Of a stretch of 64,000 nucleotides of DNA, positions 22,531-32,697 are shown piece by piece; positions within the stretch are counted from its first letter, which is position 1, and each line of letters begins with the position of its first letter. Both the position numbers and the translations under genes were made by a program. The DNA is from an uncultured Acidobacteriota bacterium. GTDB lineage: Bacteria; Acidobacteriota; Blastocatellia; RBC074. The stretch spans positions 2,560,001 through 2,624,000 of the forward strand of contig CAWCKY010000006.1 of assembly GCA_963796275.1 (NCBI GenBank), given 5' to 3'. The notes under the pieces are model-generated. The model ran no database searches. It was not told the DNA's origin and saw only the letters and a list, made by a program, of their open reading frames with translations.

Positions 22531-25047
22531 ATGAATCGATCACTCCTAAATCGCCCACTATCTTTTTTGTGCGTATGTGCGTTGCTGTTTCCCTCTCCCA
22601 CTTTTGCGCAACAACAATCGTCGCCGAAGAAGTTCGAGCTGACCGTGGACGGGATTATGCGCGGCCCCGATTTGGTCGGATACGAGCCGACTCGCGTCTA
22701 TTGGTCACAGGACGGGCAGCGTGTTTATTTCCGCTGGAAGCGCGCGGGCGAGGCCCGGTTGAAAGAGCCTGATCTGTACGTCGTCAACCGCGACGGGAGC
22801 GGTCTGCGTAAACTTTCAGAGGACGATGCTAAGCAGGCGCCGCCGCTCACGGGAGATATATCGAAGGACAAGACGATGACGGTCTACGCCGAAGAAGGCG
22901 ACATTTTCATATACGCCCACGTGAAGGGCGAGCGCCGCCAGATCACCAGCACGATTGACGGCGAAACCAGCCCGCGATTCACGAAAGACCAGAAATATAT
23001 CGTCTTCACAAGGCAGAACAATCTTTACCGGATGGCGCTCGACGGTGGGCAATTAACTCAACTCACGGACGTTCGCACAGGCGGCGCGCCGACGGAATCC
23101 ACGCCGCAACGCGGTTTCGTGGGGCAGCGTCAGCAGGGCGGAGCTGGGGGCGGGTCAACATCGCAGCAACGCGGCAATGAAAGCCAGGAATTCATCAAGA
23201 AGGAAGAGCGCGAATTGATAGAGGCCGTCCGCGAGCGCGCCCAGAACCGTGAAGAGCAGGAAACCAAACGCAAACAACGCGAGAAGCGCAAGCCCTTCAC
23301 TCCACCCGCCGGTCAATCGGTTGCCAACCTGCAACTCTCGCCCGACGGCAAGTATGTTCTCGCTTCAGTAATCCAGCGGCCGTCAGGAGCGAAGAACACC
23401 ATCGTGCCGGCCTATGTCACCGAGACGGCTTATACAGAAGACATTCCCAGCCGCAATAAGGTGGGCGACGAGCAGAATCGCACGCGATTGGCAATCATTT
23501 CGGTCGAGACTGGAGAAGTGATCTGGGTCGATCACGGACAGAAGCAGCCGCAGCCGGAGCAGCGCCAGGTGCAGCCACCGTCACCGTCTTCGGAATCGCA
23601 GGGCGCGGCGCAGGGTTCGGCTCAGCGCGCGCAGGAGCGCGAACGCAATGTACAGCTTCTCAATCCGCAATGGTCGGAGGATGGCAACAACGCCGTCGCG
23701 TTCGCGCGCTCGGCTGACAATAAGGATCGCTGGGCGCTGCTGATCGATCCGGCGACGGGAAAGACCAAAGTTCTGGATCATCAACACGACGACGCCTGGG
23801 TCGGTGGGCCGGGCGCATTCACGCTAGGCTGGCTCGGCGACGACAAGACCGTCTACTTTCAATCCGAAAGAGACGGATGGTCACATCTCTACAGCGCCTC
23901 GATCGACGGTGAGACGCCTAAGCAGTTGACATCGGGTCGGTTTGAAGTCTCCGACGTGAATCTTTCGGAAGACAAAGCGAAATTCTATTTCACTTCGAGC
24001 GAGGGCGATCTGGGACAACGCCACCTATATTCAATGCCCGCGAACGGCGGCGCGCGCACGCGCATCACCACGATGCCGGGAAACAATCAGGCGACGATAT
24101 CGCCGGACGAAACAACGCTCGCCATCGTGCGGTCGTACAGCAACCGGCCGCCCGAGCTTTACATCGCGCCCAACAAACCCAACGCTTCAGCGAGCGAGAT
24201 CAAACAGGTTACGACTTCACCGATTGACGAGTTCTTTGGTTACAACTGGATTGATCCGCCCGTCGTCACATTCAAAGCGAAAGATGGGGCGGAAGTTCCG
24301 GCGCGGCTCTACAAGCCGATGAAATGGCAGAAGGGCGGTCCGGCCGTGCTCTTCGTTCACGGTGCGGGTTATCTGCAGAATGTCCACAAGTGGTGGAGCA
24401 GATATTACCGCGAATACATGTTCCACCACCTGCTGATGGATCGCGGTTTCATGGTGATGGACGTGGATTACCGGGCTTCGGCGGGCTACGGCCGCGATTG
24501 GCGTACGGCAATATATCGCCACATGGGTGGCAAGGATTTGAGCGACCACGTCGACGCCGTTAAATATCTGGTGGCCGAGCACGGCGTTGACCCGAAGCGC
24601 GTGGGCATTTACGGAGGAAGCTACGGCGGCTTTATCACTCTCATGGCGATGTTCACCGAACCTGAAGTCTTCGCCGCCGGCGCTGCGCTGCGTCCCGTCA
24701 CCGATTGGGCGCATTACAATCACGGTTACACCTCGAACATCCTCAACATGCCGCAGGGCGACGCCGAAGCTTACAAGCGCAGCTCTCCGATCTATTTTGC
24801 CGATGGGTTGAAAGGCGCCCTGCTGATATGCCACGGAATGGTCGACGTCAACGTACATTTCCAGGACACTGTGCGGCTAGCTCAACGCCTGATCGAATTG
24901 CGAAAAGAGAATTGGGAACTGGCCGCCTACCCAGTCGAGGATCACGGCTTCGAGCGCGCTTCAAGCTGGGCCGATGAATACAAGCGGATTTTGAAGCTGT
25001 TTGAAACGGCCCTGAGACCAACAAACAAGACGCCGGCGAAAAAGTGA
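22531..25047 (+). CDS. S9 prolyl oligopeptidase / dipeptidyl peptidase IV-like
   Basis: Signal peptide, beta-propeller N-domain, VHGAGYLQN, GGSYGG nucleophile, HGMVDVNV (Asp), EDHGF (His). Confidence 0.93.
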   Translation: MNRSLLNRPLSFLCVCALLFPSPTFAQQQSSPKKFELTVDGIMRGPDLVGYEPTRVYWSQDGQRVYFRWKRAGEARLKEPDLYVVNRDGSGLRKLSEDDAKQAPPLTGDISKDKTMTVYAEEGDIFIYAHVKGERRQITSTIDGETSPRFTKDQKYIVFTRQNNLYRMALDGGQLTQLTDVRTGGAPTESTPQRGFVGQRQQGGAGGGSTSQQRGNESQEFIKKEERELIEAVRERAQNREEQETKRKQREKRKPFTPPAGQSVANLQLSPDGKYVLASVIQRPSGAKNTIVPAYVTETAYTEDIPSRNKVGDEQNRTRLAIISVETGEVIWVDHGQKQPQPEQRQVQPPSPSSESQGAAQGSAQRAQERERNVQLLNPQWSEDGNNAVAFARSADNKDRWALLIDPATGKTKVLDHQHDDAWVGGPGAFTLGWLGDDKTVYFQSERDGWSHLYSASIDGETPKQLTSGRFEVSDVNLSEDKAKFYFTSSEGDLGQRHLYSMPANGGARTRITTMPGNNQATISPDETTLAIVRSYSNRPPELYIAPNKPNASASEIKQVTTSPIDEFFGYNWIDPPVVTFKAKDGAEVPARLYKPMKWQKGGPAVLFVHGAGYLQNVHKWWSRYYREYMFHHLLMDRGFMVMDVDYRASAGYGRDWRTAIYRHMGGKDLSDHVDAVKYLVAEHGVDPKRVGIYGGSYGGFITLMAMFTEPEVFAAGAALRPVTDWAHYNHGYTSNILNMPQGDAEAYKRSSPIYFADGLKGALLICHGMVDVNVHFQDTVRLAQRLIELRKENWELAAYPVEDHGFERASSWADEYKRILKLFETALRPTNKTPAKK

Positions 25048-25729
25048 TCGTTTTTTGTCGTGAGATCTCGCTCCAAGGAGAAGAATGAAAAAGAGGTTCT
25101 GGTGCAATTTTTAGTGAAACGCGGACTGAGCCAATTTTCAACTTCTCCTTACGCGGCAATCACCGCTCCCATAATTGCAGGATCACATATCCACCAGGCA
25201 GATGATCTCCGATGTGTCGAACTGCCTTTGATTTTGTATGTCAACTCGATTCCACTCAAAGGTACTTGCGCATTCACGACGTCCTAAACCCCAGCACTGG
25301 GTAACACTCCGCTTCACCTTCCGGATACCAGATCGAGGTCGCGACCAAGTTTGCGGCAGTCTCCAAAAGCCATCTTCGTCGATCGGTGAAACTATCTCGA
25401 TGAGAAGCCACTGGGCACCTCTCTACTAACTGTGGGAGTATCGGCGGTTGCCCAGGGTCCTTCAGGGAACAAAACAGTTAGAGGCGACGTCTACTAGCTA
25501 AACACGGGAGAGCATAAAAGCCTGCCGGTACTCTACAACAGATTTGTTTGAATATCTCGATAAGCGGCCGCGGGATTGCAAGGCGATATTTATCAATGCA
25601 TTGCAAGTCCCCTTCGGGTGATTGGTTGAGATGATCGACGTTGTGGAAAAGGCTGGGCGCAGTCCATCGGTCTTCATAACGAAGGGCTCGATCAATGAAT
25701 CGAGTCAGAACATTTGGGGTCAGGAAAAT

Positions 25730-26589
25730 ATGAAACTCTTGCGAAATATATCAACCTTATTCATCTTCGGCGGGATCGTGGGGTGTGCGCTGTTCAACTC
25801 CAGCTGCACTTACGCGCACAAAGTTCTCGCCAAAGACAAGCTCAACCAGGGCGTCATTGCCTTCAACGGAGGGAACAGGGATGCGGCTAAGACTTTCTTC
25901 CTGGATGCTATCGATTACGATCCTGACAATGCGGTTGCCCAGCTCTACTACGGCGCCGCCGTGGTCAGAGATTATCGGGAGCAGGAGGAGAACGTGGAGA
26001 AGAAGAAAGAGATCGCGAGTCATGCGCTCCAGATATTCGAGAAGGCCCTCGCTCTCTCCGGCAGCAACTGCGCGAACAAGGACAATGCCATCAGCAATAT
26101 CGCGATGATCTACGATGATCTGAACGAAACTGACTCCTGGCGTACGTGGATGCTGAGGCGCGTCGAAGATTCATGCTCTCCCAAAGAGGCCAAGGTCGAG
26201 GGTTATAACGCGATAGCGAGAAGATACTTCGACTGTTCTCAGGCCCAGACCAATCGCTATTCGGATAAGGCGAAGCTCGCGGCCGGCGATTACTGGCATT
26301 ACCGCGACATGGATTATCCAGCGGCCCTGCCGGATAAGAGAAAAGCGGACGATTGCGTCACCAGAGGCTGGAGTATATAGAGAAGGGCTTACAGGAAGAC
26401 CCCGAGAATGCGAATTTACTGATCTATAAGGGCCTGTTTTATCGTGAACAACAGATGATGACCAAGGACCCGATGAAACGCAAAGAACTGGATCGGATGG
26501 CATTGCAAGTTTACGACCAGGCGGTTGAGATGCAGAAGAAGAAAGAGATTGAACGGAAACAGAAAAAAGATTCTAAAACCAAAAAATGA
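25730..26589 (+). CDS. TPR-repeat protein (possible lipoprotein) split by a one-base deletion near 26365
   Basis: Signal/lipobox-like N-terminus; ORFs 25622-26380 and 26353-26589 join as ...CVTRG-LEYIEKGLQEDP if one G is added to agaggctg. Confidence 0.7.
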
Positions 26590-26969
26590 CAGGAAACAAC
26601 GCTATAACAAATGCCTCATACTTTCTGGAAGCGCTCGAGAACGGCAAAGCTGCGTGCTCAAAGATTCACAGGTTAATGATCAGTTGTTTGCGATACGCGA
26701 AAGAGCAATCGTAAAAATCTCAGCCCACCGCAATCCAAAAGAGAACTGGAGTTATCAAAATCGCGAAAGAATACCCATCCTTAGCGAGAATCTGGGCGAG
26801 CTTGGCCGAGACGAATTTCGCATCGTGGTGCTTCGTCCACGATTAATCGTCTGGTGCATCCTGTTAATCAATCTAGGCGAGTTGTCTCAAGCGGCGCCCC
26901 CCTCCAGCAGCTTTATTGGTTGAGATGTTTCGGGGGGAGATTACAATGAGTTGTAATGGGATCATATCC

Positions 26970-27454
26970 AGGCGGAGCACACCTGAATTCTGCCCATTTC
27001 TGCATGGGTTCATGACAATGGACATGGACGAGAGATGGGCGAACCGATCCCCGAAAGTCATGCTTGAGACGTTCCACTAGTTCCGCGGAGAAGGTTTCAG
27101 CATGATCATCGAAGACATCCTTCGCCTGCCCACGGAACCTGGTGTAATCGCCGAGGGCTTCCGACTTTTGCCACACCTCGTAAAGCCGCTCCTCTCCATT
27201 CATAGTCACGCCGTCTGGCTCCTCCCGAGTACCGTTCGGCAGTGATGGATACTCGGGGGAGGCCGAAATGGGGGTTCCTCGGGAAAACGAGCGACCCTGA
27301 GCGGGCCCTCCGCAACTTGCTTGAGCGCGATGCCATGTTCACCCAACGCCTCTACGAGGAAGCAAAGGGTCTGAAACTGAAGACCATCGAGGTTAACACC
27401 ACCATGGCTGAGGATGCTCTGGCCAGACGAGTGACGGAAGCGTTTGGTCTGTAG
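26970..27454 (+). pseudogene. 5'-truncated hypothetical gene with an internal amber stop
   Basis: FMTMDMDERWANRSPKVMLETFH*FRGEGFSMIIEDILRLP...TSDPERALRNLLERDAMFT reads as one continuous conserved-looking protein broken by TAG at 27078. Confidence 0.6.
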
Positions 27455-27621
27455 TTAAAAACCACAAGCCCGAACCGATCCCTGATCAAGCGCTGATCGT
27501 GAGTAGTCGTTCTGCGTGTGCATCCAGGCGACGAACTACCGGGCAGACAAAGATGATCCATATTCCTTCCCTTACGACTGGGCGCAGCACTCCCTCGTGC
27601 CTCATTTTTAACTTTTTTCTG

Positions 27622-27685
27622 TTGACTCGGCCTCGACTCTCGCGGTATAAATTTGAACGTGTTCAGATAAAAATGAACATGTTCG
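27622..27685 (+). promoter_or_regulatory. Sigma70-like promoter with tandem TGAAC-N2-GTTCA operators
   Basis: TTGACT (27622)-18 bp-TATAAA (27646); palindromes tgaacgtgttca (27654-27665) and tgaacatgttcg (27674-27685) upstream of the TetR gene. Confidence 0.65.
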
Positions 27686-27896
27686 GAAAACAGAGTTCGC
27701 CGCACATAGATCGAAATAGCTGCATCGTGTTCACCAGGAGTGTCGGCGAGTAATCCCTGGCAAACTGATACGGCGTTTGTGCGATCGGATTCAGCGCCCG
27801 GCCTGACGCCGACGGCGCGCTGCTTCGTCATGAAGAATTTGAGCCTGCGATTCAGATTCGGATATCAAGCCGCCACAGGCAGAGAGGCGTTGAGTC

Positions 27897-28604
27897 TTGC
27901 GGAAGAAACCGTTGCACAAGAAAGCGCTGACCGTCGAGTCGGGAGGAGCGGGCAGCAAGGGCGAGCAGACCAGGTCGTTGATTCTGGAGACGGCGTTGGA
28001 GCTGTTCGGCGAGCGCGGGTATGAGGAGACCACTATGCGCGCCATCGCCGAGAAGGGCGGAGTTGCGCTCGGCAATACCTACTACCACTTTCGTTCCAAG
28101 GAGCATCTGATACAGGCCTACTATGAACGAATGCACGAGATTCACTCAGAAAGCTGCACCGAGTTGTTGAAAAAGGAGCGCACGCTGAAAAGCCGTCTGC
28201 TCGGCGTGATGGAGCAAATTCTGAAAAACATGGCGCCGTACCATCAGTTCGCCGGGATTCTCTTCAAGACGGCCGCAGATCCGCAAAGTCCCCTCAATCC
28301 GTTCAGCCCCGAATCGGAACAGACTCGCCGCGCCAGCATAGAATTATTCGCTGAAGTAATAAGTGGGGCCAGGACAAGGATTCCAACCGATCTCGAAGCG
28401 GAATTGCCGGCACTTCTCTGGCTTTACCACATGGGCATTGTGCTGTTCTGGATTCACGACGATTCACCCGGGCAGGGCAGAACGCGCCGGTTGATGGAAC
28501 AAACGGTCGAGATTGTGGTGAGACTGATTCAATTGGCGAGCCTGCCGCTGATGAGGCCGTTGCGGAAATCGATTTTGAAAATGCTGGCCGATTCGCGCGC
28601 ATAA
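27897..28604 (+). CDS. TetR/AcrR family transcriptional regulator
   Basis: TRSLILETALELFGERGYEETTMRAIAEKGGVALGNTYYHFRSKE HTH; C-terminal LWLYHMGIVLFWIHDDSPGQ. Confidence 0.93.
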   Translation: MRKKPLHKKALTVESGGAGSKGEQTRSLILETALELFGERGYEETTMRAIAEKGGVALGNTYYHFRSKEHLIQAYYERMHEIHSESCTELLKKERTLKSRLLGVMEQILKNMAPYHQFAGILFKTAADPQSPLNPFSPESEQTRRASIELFAEVISGARTRIPTDLEAELPALLWLYHMGIVLFWIHDDSPGQGRTRRLMEQTVEIVVRLIQLASLPLMRPLRKSILKMLADSRA

Positions 28605-28736
28605 ATGTCATTTGTATTTTTTCTACAATGAGAATTGAACATGGGTATTAGTCGTCTGTGTCGTCACGACTAATGTTGTCAATACGTCACATAACGAATA
28701 AAACGTAACTACGCGGGTTTTCATAAGGAGATCATT

Positions 28737-29417
28737 ATGGCTTTGATGTCCCGTAAAGTTTTCTCAGCCGTTCACGTGTTCAGCATCGTTTTGTCACTCG
28801 TCTCCTCTCCCTTGGCGCAAATGCCACGCAGTCTCCTCGGAATCCACCAAACGACGGCGCAGGAGCCGCAGGGGACTGAGGAAGAGAAGAAGGCCGCAGA
28901 GGAGCTTGAGAAGAAGGCGATGGCTCTGATCGACGAACTGGTCGCCGAAGCGATGTCTTTGAGGCTGGCGGAGAATCGAGTCTATTTTCTAACCGAATTG
29001 TCGGACGGTTTGTGGGCGCGAGATGAAGGGCGGGCGCGGGATCTCGTCCGCCAGGCGATGGATCAGGTCGTTGCCTATATGCGCGAAATGAAAAAGTCGA
29101 CGGAGGCAGACTGGGAGCGCTTCGATACGCGTTCCCACCACCATATGGTGTCGTATCTACTGGCGAAACGGGACGCCAAATTAACGTTGGCTTTCCTGCA
29201 ACAGACCCGCCCGTGGTGGCCGAAGGAACGACAGCGACAGAAGAAGTATCTGGGATTGAGCCTGGCCTCTCAGATCGCTGAGAGATATCCACTGACAGCT
29301 TTGCGGATCGCCGAGGTAACGGACGATACGAGCGAGACCTGGCGTAGCAGAAAGCCGGTCGGAGAGAGGTCTGACGAGTTCAAGGAAGGCGAAGCGGTGA
29401 TGGAAATCCGGCAGTAG
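28737..29417 (+). pseudogene. Exported helical hypothetical protein, probably 3'-truncated
   Basis: AGGAG RBS, signal peptide, LEKKAMALIDELVAEAMSLRLAENR..LWARDEGRAR helical N-terminus; sequence character changes after ALRIAE (~29315). Confidence 0.5.
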
Positions 29418-29437
29418 CATCCGCAGGAGAGCATCAG

Positions 29438-31291
29438 ATGGGCGGCATTTATGACGAATTCGCACAGGAGATGGCGGGCTGGCGGCGCCGGTATGTCAAC
29501 CGGCCGCGGCAGGAGCTTATTCACCTTCTCCTCCTCGCACTGGAGCGCGAAGAACTAGTCACAATCGGCTATCGCGAGGACATGATCCTCCGCCGGCTGG
29601 CCGCGATGCCGATCTCAGACGAAATTCGAGAGCTGATTCACCGCGCGCTCATCTGGGTGTGGAAGGATGAAGAGATGCATGCGATCTACCTGCGCGGCGC
29701 CCTCTTCAAATTCGGGAACCGGCGCCTGCAAGCGCTCGCGCTGCTGCGGCAGATGGCGGGCGCCATCGGCGGCTGGTCAGCTTCAGTGCGGCAACATGTC
29801 CGGTGGAACGAGGCTCCCATCTCGCGCTCGCTCGCGACGATCGCCACGTGGTGTGGCTCGCTCGCCGGACGAGTTCCGCGCCACGTCGGCCAGCACCTAG
29901 ATTATCGTTCATTGCGCGACTATTGCCTCTTTAACATCGACGCCGAGCGCACCGCGTGGCTCTGTTTCGGACATCTGGTTGAACTCTTGCAATCCGAGCC
30001 CGACCTGCCGCCTACCTATTCCGATGACTTCCGTCGTATCCAGGCCGACGAAGCCCGCCACCAGGCGATCTTCGAAATCTTCGCCGCCGCGTTTGATGAC
30101 GCAAACCGGCTTGTCGCGGGGGAGACGGCAGAAAGTCTGGCGCAGAAAATCGGCGAGGTGGGCGATTTCTTTTTGCCGCGATTGCGGCGGAGTGAGGCGG
30201 CGGACAGTCCGCTTGGCAATGGTGGGTGCGTGTGGGTCGTGCAAGGCACGAAGATGGCAGATAAACTGCCGCTCTTTCGCCGCGTGCTTGATGAAAGTGG
30301 CTTGGGGCATCTGCTCAAAGCGCGTGCCCGCCTGCTCGGCAAACAGGTGCGTGATCTGCATATCGGGATCAAGGTGGCGTTTATGTTCGGCTACCATCGC
30401 CAGGATCTAGCGATGATCACCGATCCGGAGTTGATCGAGGAACTGGCGCGCTATCTCGCCGCGCAGGGTTGCACTGAGTTCGCTGTCGTCGAGGGACGCA
30501 ACGTCTACGATAAATTTTACCAGAATCGGACTGTCCCTGAGGTCGCACGCTATTTCGGGATCGACTCGCCGCACTTTCGCGTCGTGGATCTTTCCGAAGA
30601 GCAAGTGCCGCACGCCTACTTTCGCGGTCTGGCGCAGTACACAGTCGGGCGGGCGTGGAAGGAGGCAGACTTCCGAATCACATTCGGTAAAATGCGCAGC
30701 CATCCGGTTGATCTGGCATATTTGACCCTCGGCAACTTGGAATGGATCGGCGCGCGTTGCGACGAGTTAGCTTTTGCCGAACGACAAGCGCATCGCGAGA
30801 CGGCGATCATGATGCTCCTCGATGCATTCCCGCCCCACTTCGCGTTGCTCGATGGCTATGAACTGGCGGCGGACGGGTTGGTGGGCTTCATGGGTTGTCC
30901 GCATCCGCCATCGCCGAAGCGTTTCTATGCCGGCGCCGATGCGCTTGCCGTCGATCTGGTGGCGGCGCGGCATCTGGGCCTGAAAAATCCTCGCGAGTCG
31001 AGTACGCTCCGTGCGGCTGGTCACTGGCTCGGTGGCGTGGACGGGCAGATTGAAGTCATCGGGATTGATGAACCGGTGGCCGACTGGCGCAGTCCGTACC
31101 GCAACGATCTATCTACCCTGCTGAGCTTAGTCTCCTTTCCGGTTTATGTTTTTGGAGGCGGGCGCGGCGCCCTGTTTATTCCCGAAATGGATGAGCAGGC
31201 ATTCCCGCCGATCATTCGCCCAGACCTGCTGCTGCGGCTAAGGCGCCGCGGCGTGCAGGCGCTGCTTGGGCTGCGGCAGGAGAAAAAGTGA
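29438..31291 (+). CDS. Ferritin-like diiron domain fused to DUF362 domain
   Basis: N-domain LEREE...DEEMH...DAERTA...DEARH; C-domain IGIKVAF, TDPELIEEL, VVEG, EADFRITFGKMRSH, LLDG, AGADALAVDLVAARHLG. Confidence 0.75.
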   Translation: MGGIYDEFAQEMAGWRRRYVNRPRQELIHLLLLALEREELVTIGYREDMILRRLAAMPISDEIRELIHRALIWVWKDEEMHAIYLRGALFKFGNRRLQALALLRQMAGAIGGWSASVRQHVRWNEAPISRSLATIATWCGSLAGRVPRHVGQHLDYRSLRDYCLFNIDAERTAWLCFGHLVELLQSEPDLPPTYSDDFRRIQADEARHQAIFEIFAAAFDDANRLVAGETAESLAQKIGEVGDFFLPRLRRSEAADSPLGNGGCVWVVQGTKMADKLPLFRRVLDESGLGHLLKARARLLGKQVRDLHIGIKVAFMFGYHRQDLAMITDPELIEELARYLAAQGCTEFAVVEGRNVYDKFYQNRTVPEVARYFGIDSPHFRVVDLSEEQVPHAYFRGLAQYTVGRAWKEADFRITFGKMRSHPVDLAYLTLGNLEWIGARCDELAFAERQAHRETAIMMLLDAFPPHFALLDGYELAADGLVGFMGCPHPPSPKRFYAGADALAVDLVAARHLGLKNPRESSTLRAAGHWLGGVDGQIEVIGIDEPVADWRSPYRNDLSTLLSLVSFPVYVFGGGRGALFIPEMDEQAFPPIIRPDLLLRLRRRGVQALLGLRQEKK

Positions 31292-32697
31292 GCCCCAAGA
31301 TCGTCATTGTCGGCGCGGGAATGGGCGGACTGACGGCAGCGCTCCGGCTGGCACGCCGTGGCTTTCGCGTGCGCGTGATCGAGGCGAGTCGTGAGGCTGG
31401 CGGGTTGGCTTCAAGTTTAACCAGAGGCGGCTTCACCTTCGATGCGGGGCCCTACATTCTGCTCGACCGCTGCGGGCTAGAATGGGCTTTCAACCAGGTC
31501 GGGTTGGTATTGGATGAGCACATATCGTTGCGGCGGATCGCAGACGTTTATGTGGCGTCTTCAAGCGAGGCTGCGCCGGTGCATGTTTGCGCGGATCTGG
31601 AACAGACAGCAGCAGGCTTTGATCGCGCCTGGCCGGGGAGCGGCGCACGCTATCGCCGGTTTGTGGCCACGACCGCGAAAATCTATGAACGGCTGCGCCC
31701 CCTGCAGCACGTCTCACATCCTGGTCCGGCCGATGTGCTGCGGGCGCGGGCCTTACAGCAGGTACCATTTCTGTTTCGCTCGCTCGGCTCAGTGCTCGGG
31801 CGCACGGGTTTACCGGCCCCAATCATCGACGCCCTCGCCATCTGGACTCACGTCGCCGGCCAGACGCTTGAACGTGCTCCTAGCCCGCTGGCTTTTGTCC
31901 CCGCCTTGATCCATATCGTTGGGGCTTACTACCCGGCGGGCGGCATCGGCACCATTCCGCGGACCCTCGCCCAAGCCGCCAGCGCAGCCGGCGTGGAATT
32001 CGACTATGGCACCAAAGTTCGTGCGATTCGTGGCGAGCGTGGCCGCGTCAGCGGAGTCGAGACCGATCTGAGCGAATTCATCGAGGCAGATGCTGTTGTC
32101 TCGAACTACAACGGCGTCGGCACCTACCTGGAATTGATCGCCGAGACGCCGCGCCAGGCGCGGGAGCGCTTGAACCGCCTGCCACTCCAATCTCCGGGCG
32201 TCTGCGCCTATCTGAGCGTCAAGGGAAGAACGCCGCAGCCTTACTTGCGCTTTCAACTTCCGGGCGGCGGCGAGCTGTGCCGGCTGCTGGTCATGCCTGG
32301 GGTGATTGCGCCGGAGCTGGAGCAGAATGGCTGGTGGCCGGCTCGATTGATCGCGCCGATGTCTCACGCGGGAGCTGAGCGCGGCGGCCCCTCGGGGCAG
32401 CGCGAATACCTCGACCGCATCCTCGCCGAAAGTTGGTGGCGCGAGCAGGTTGACGATTACCGCGTGCTGGATGCGCGCATTCCGGTCGAATGGGGCGCGC
32501 AGTATCAACTTTATCGCGAGAGCATGAATCCGATGATGAGCGCGCAATTTATGCGTGCCGGCCGGCTCGCTCATCGCAGTCCCTACCTCCGCGGGCTGTA
32601 CCTCGCGGGCAGCTCGACGCACCCCGGACAATGGGTGAGCTTCTGCGCGATCTCAGGAATCTTGGCCGCTGACAAACTCTGTGAGGATCTGCGCTGA
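31288..32697 (+). CDS. Phytoene desaturase (CrtI)-like FAD-dependent oxidoreductase
   Basis: IVGAGMGGLTAA..LA..G..V.VIE...GG, FTFDAGP, YYPAGGIG, GLYLAGSSTHPG; GTG start overlaps the upstream TGA. Confidence 0.82.
   Translation: MSPKIVIVGAGMGGLTAALRLARRGFRVRVIEASREAGGLASSLTRGGFTFDAGPYILLDRCGLEWAFNQVGLVLDEHISLRRIADVYVASSSEAAPVHVCADLEQTAAGFDRAWPGSGARYRRFVATTAKIYERLRPLQHVSHPGPADVLRARALQQVPFLFRSLGSVLGRTGLPAPIIDALAIWTHVAGQTLERAPSPLAFVPALIHIVGAYYPAGGIGTIPRTLAQAASAAGVEFDYGTKVRAIRGERGRVSGVETDLSEFIEADAVVSNYNGVGTYLELIAETPRQARERLNRLPLQSPGVCAYLSVKGRTPQPYLRFQLPGGGELCRLLVMPGVIAPELEQNGWWPARLIAPMSHAGAERGGPSGQREYLDRILAESWWREQVDDYRVLDARIPVEWGAQYQLYRESMNPMMSAQFMRAGRLAHRSPYLRGLYLAGSSTHPGQWVSFCAISGILAADKLCEDLR

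Noticed and set aside
31288-32697. Calling this gene crtI and the locus a carotenoid cluster
   Set aside because: No crtB/crtE/crtY nearby and the C-terminal motif is divergent.
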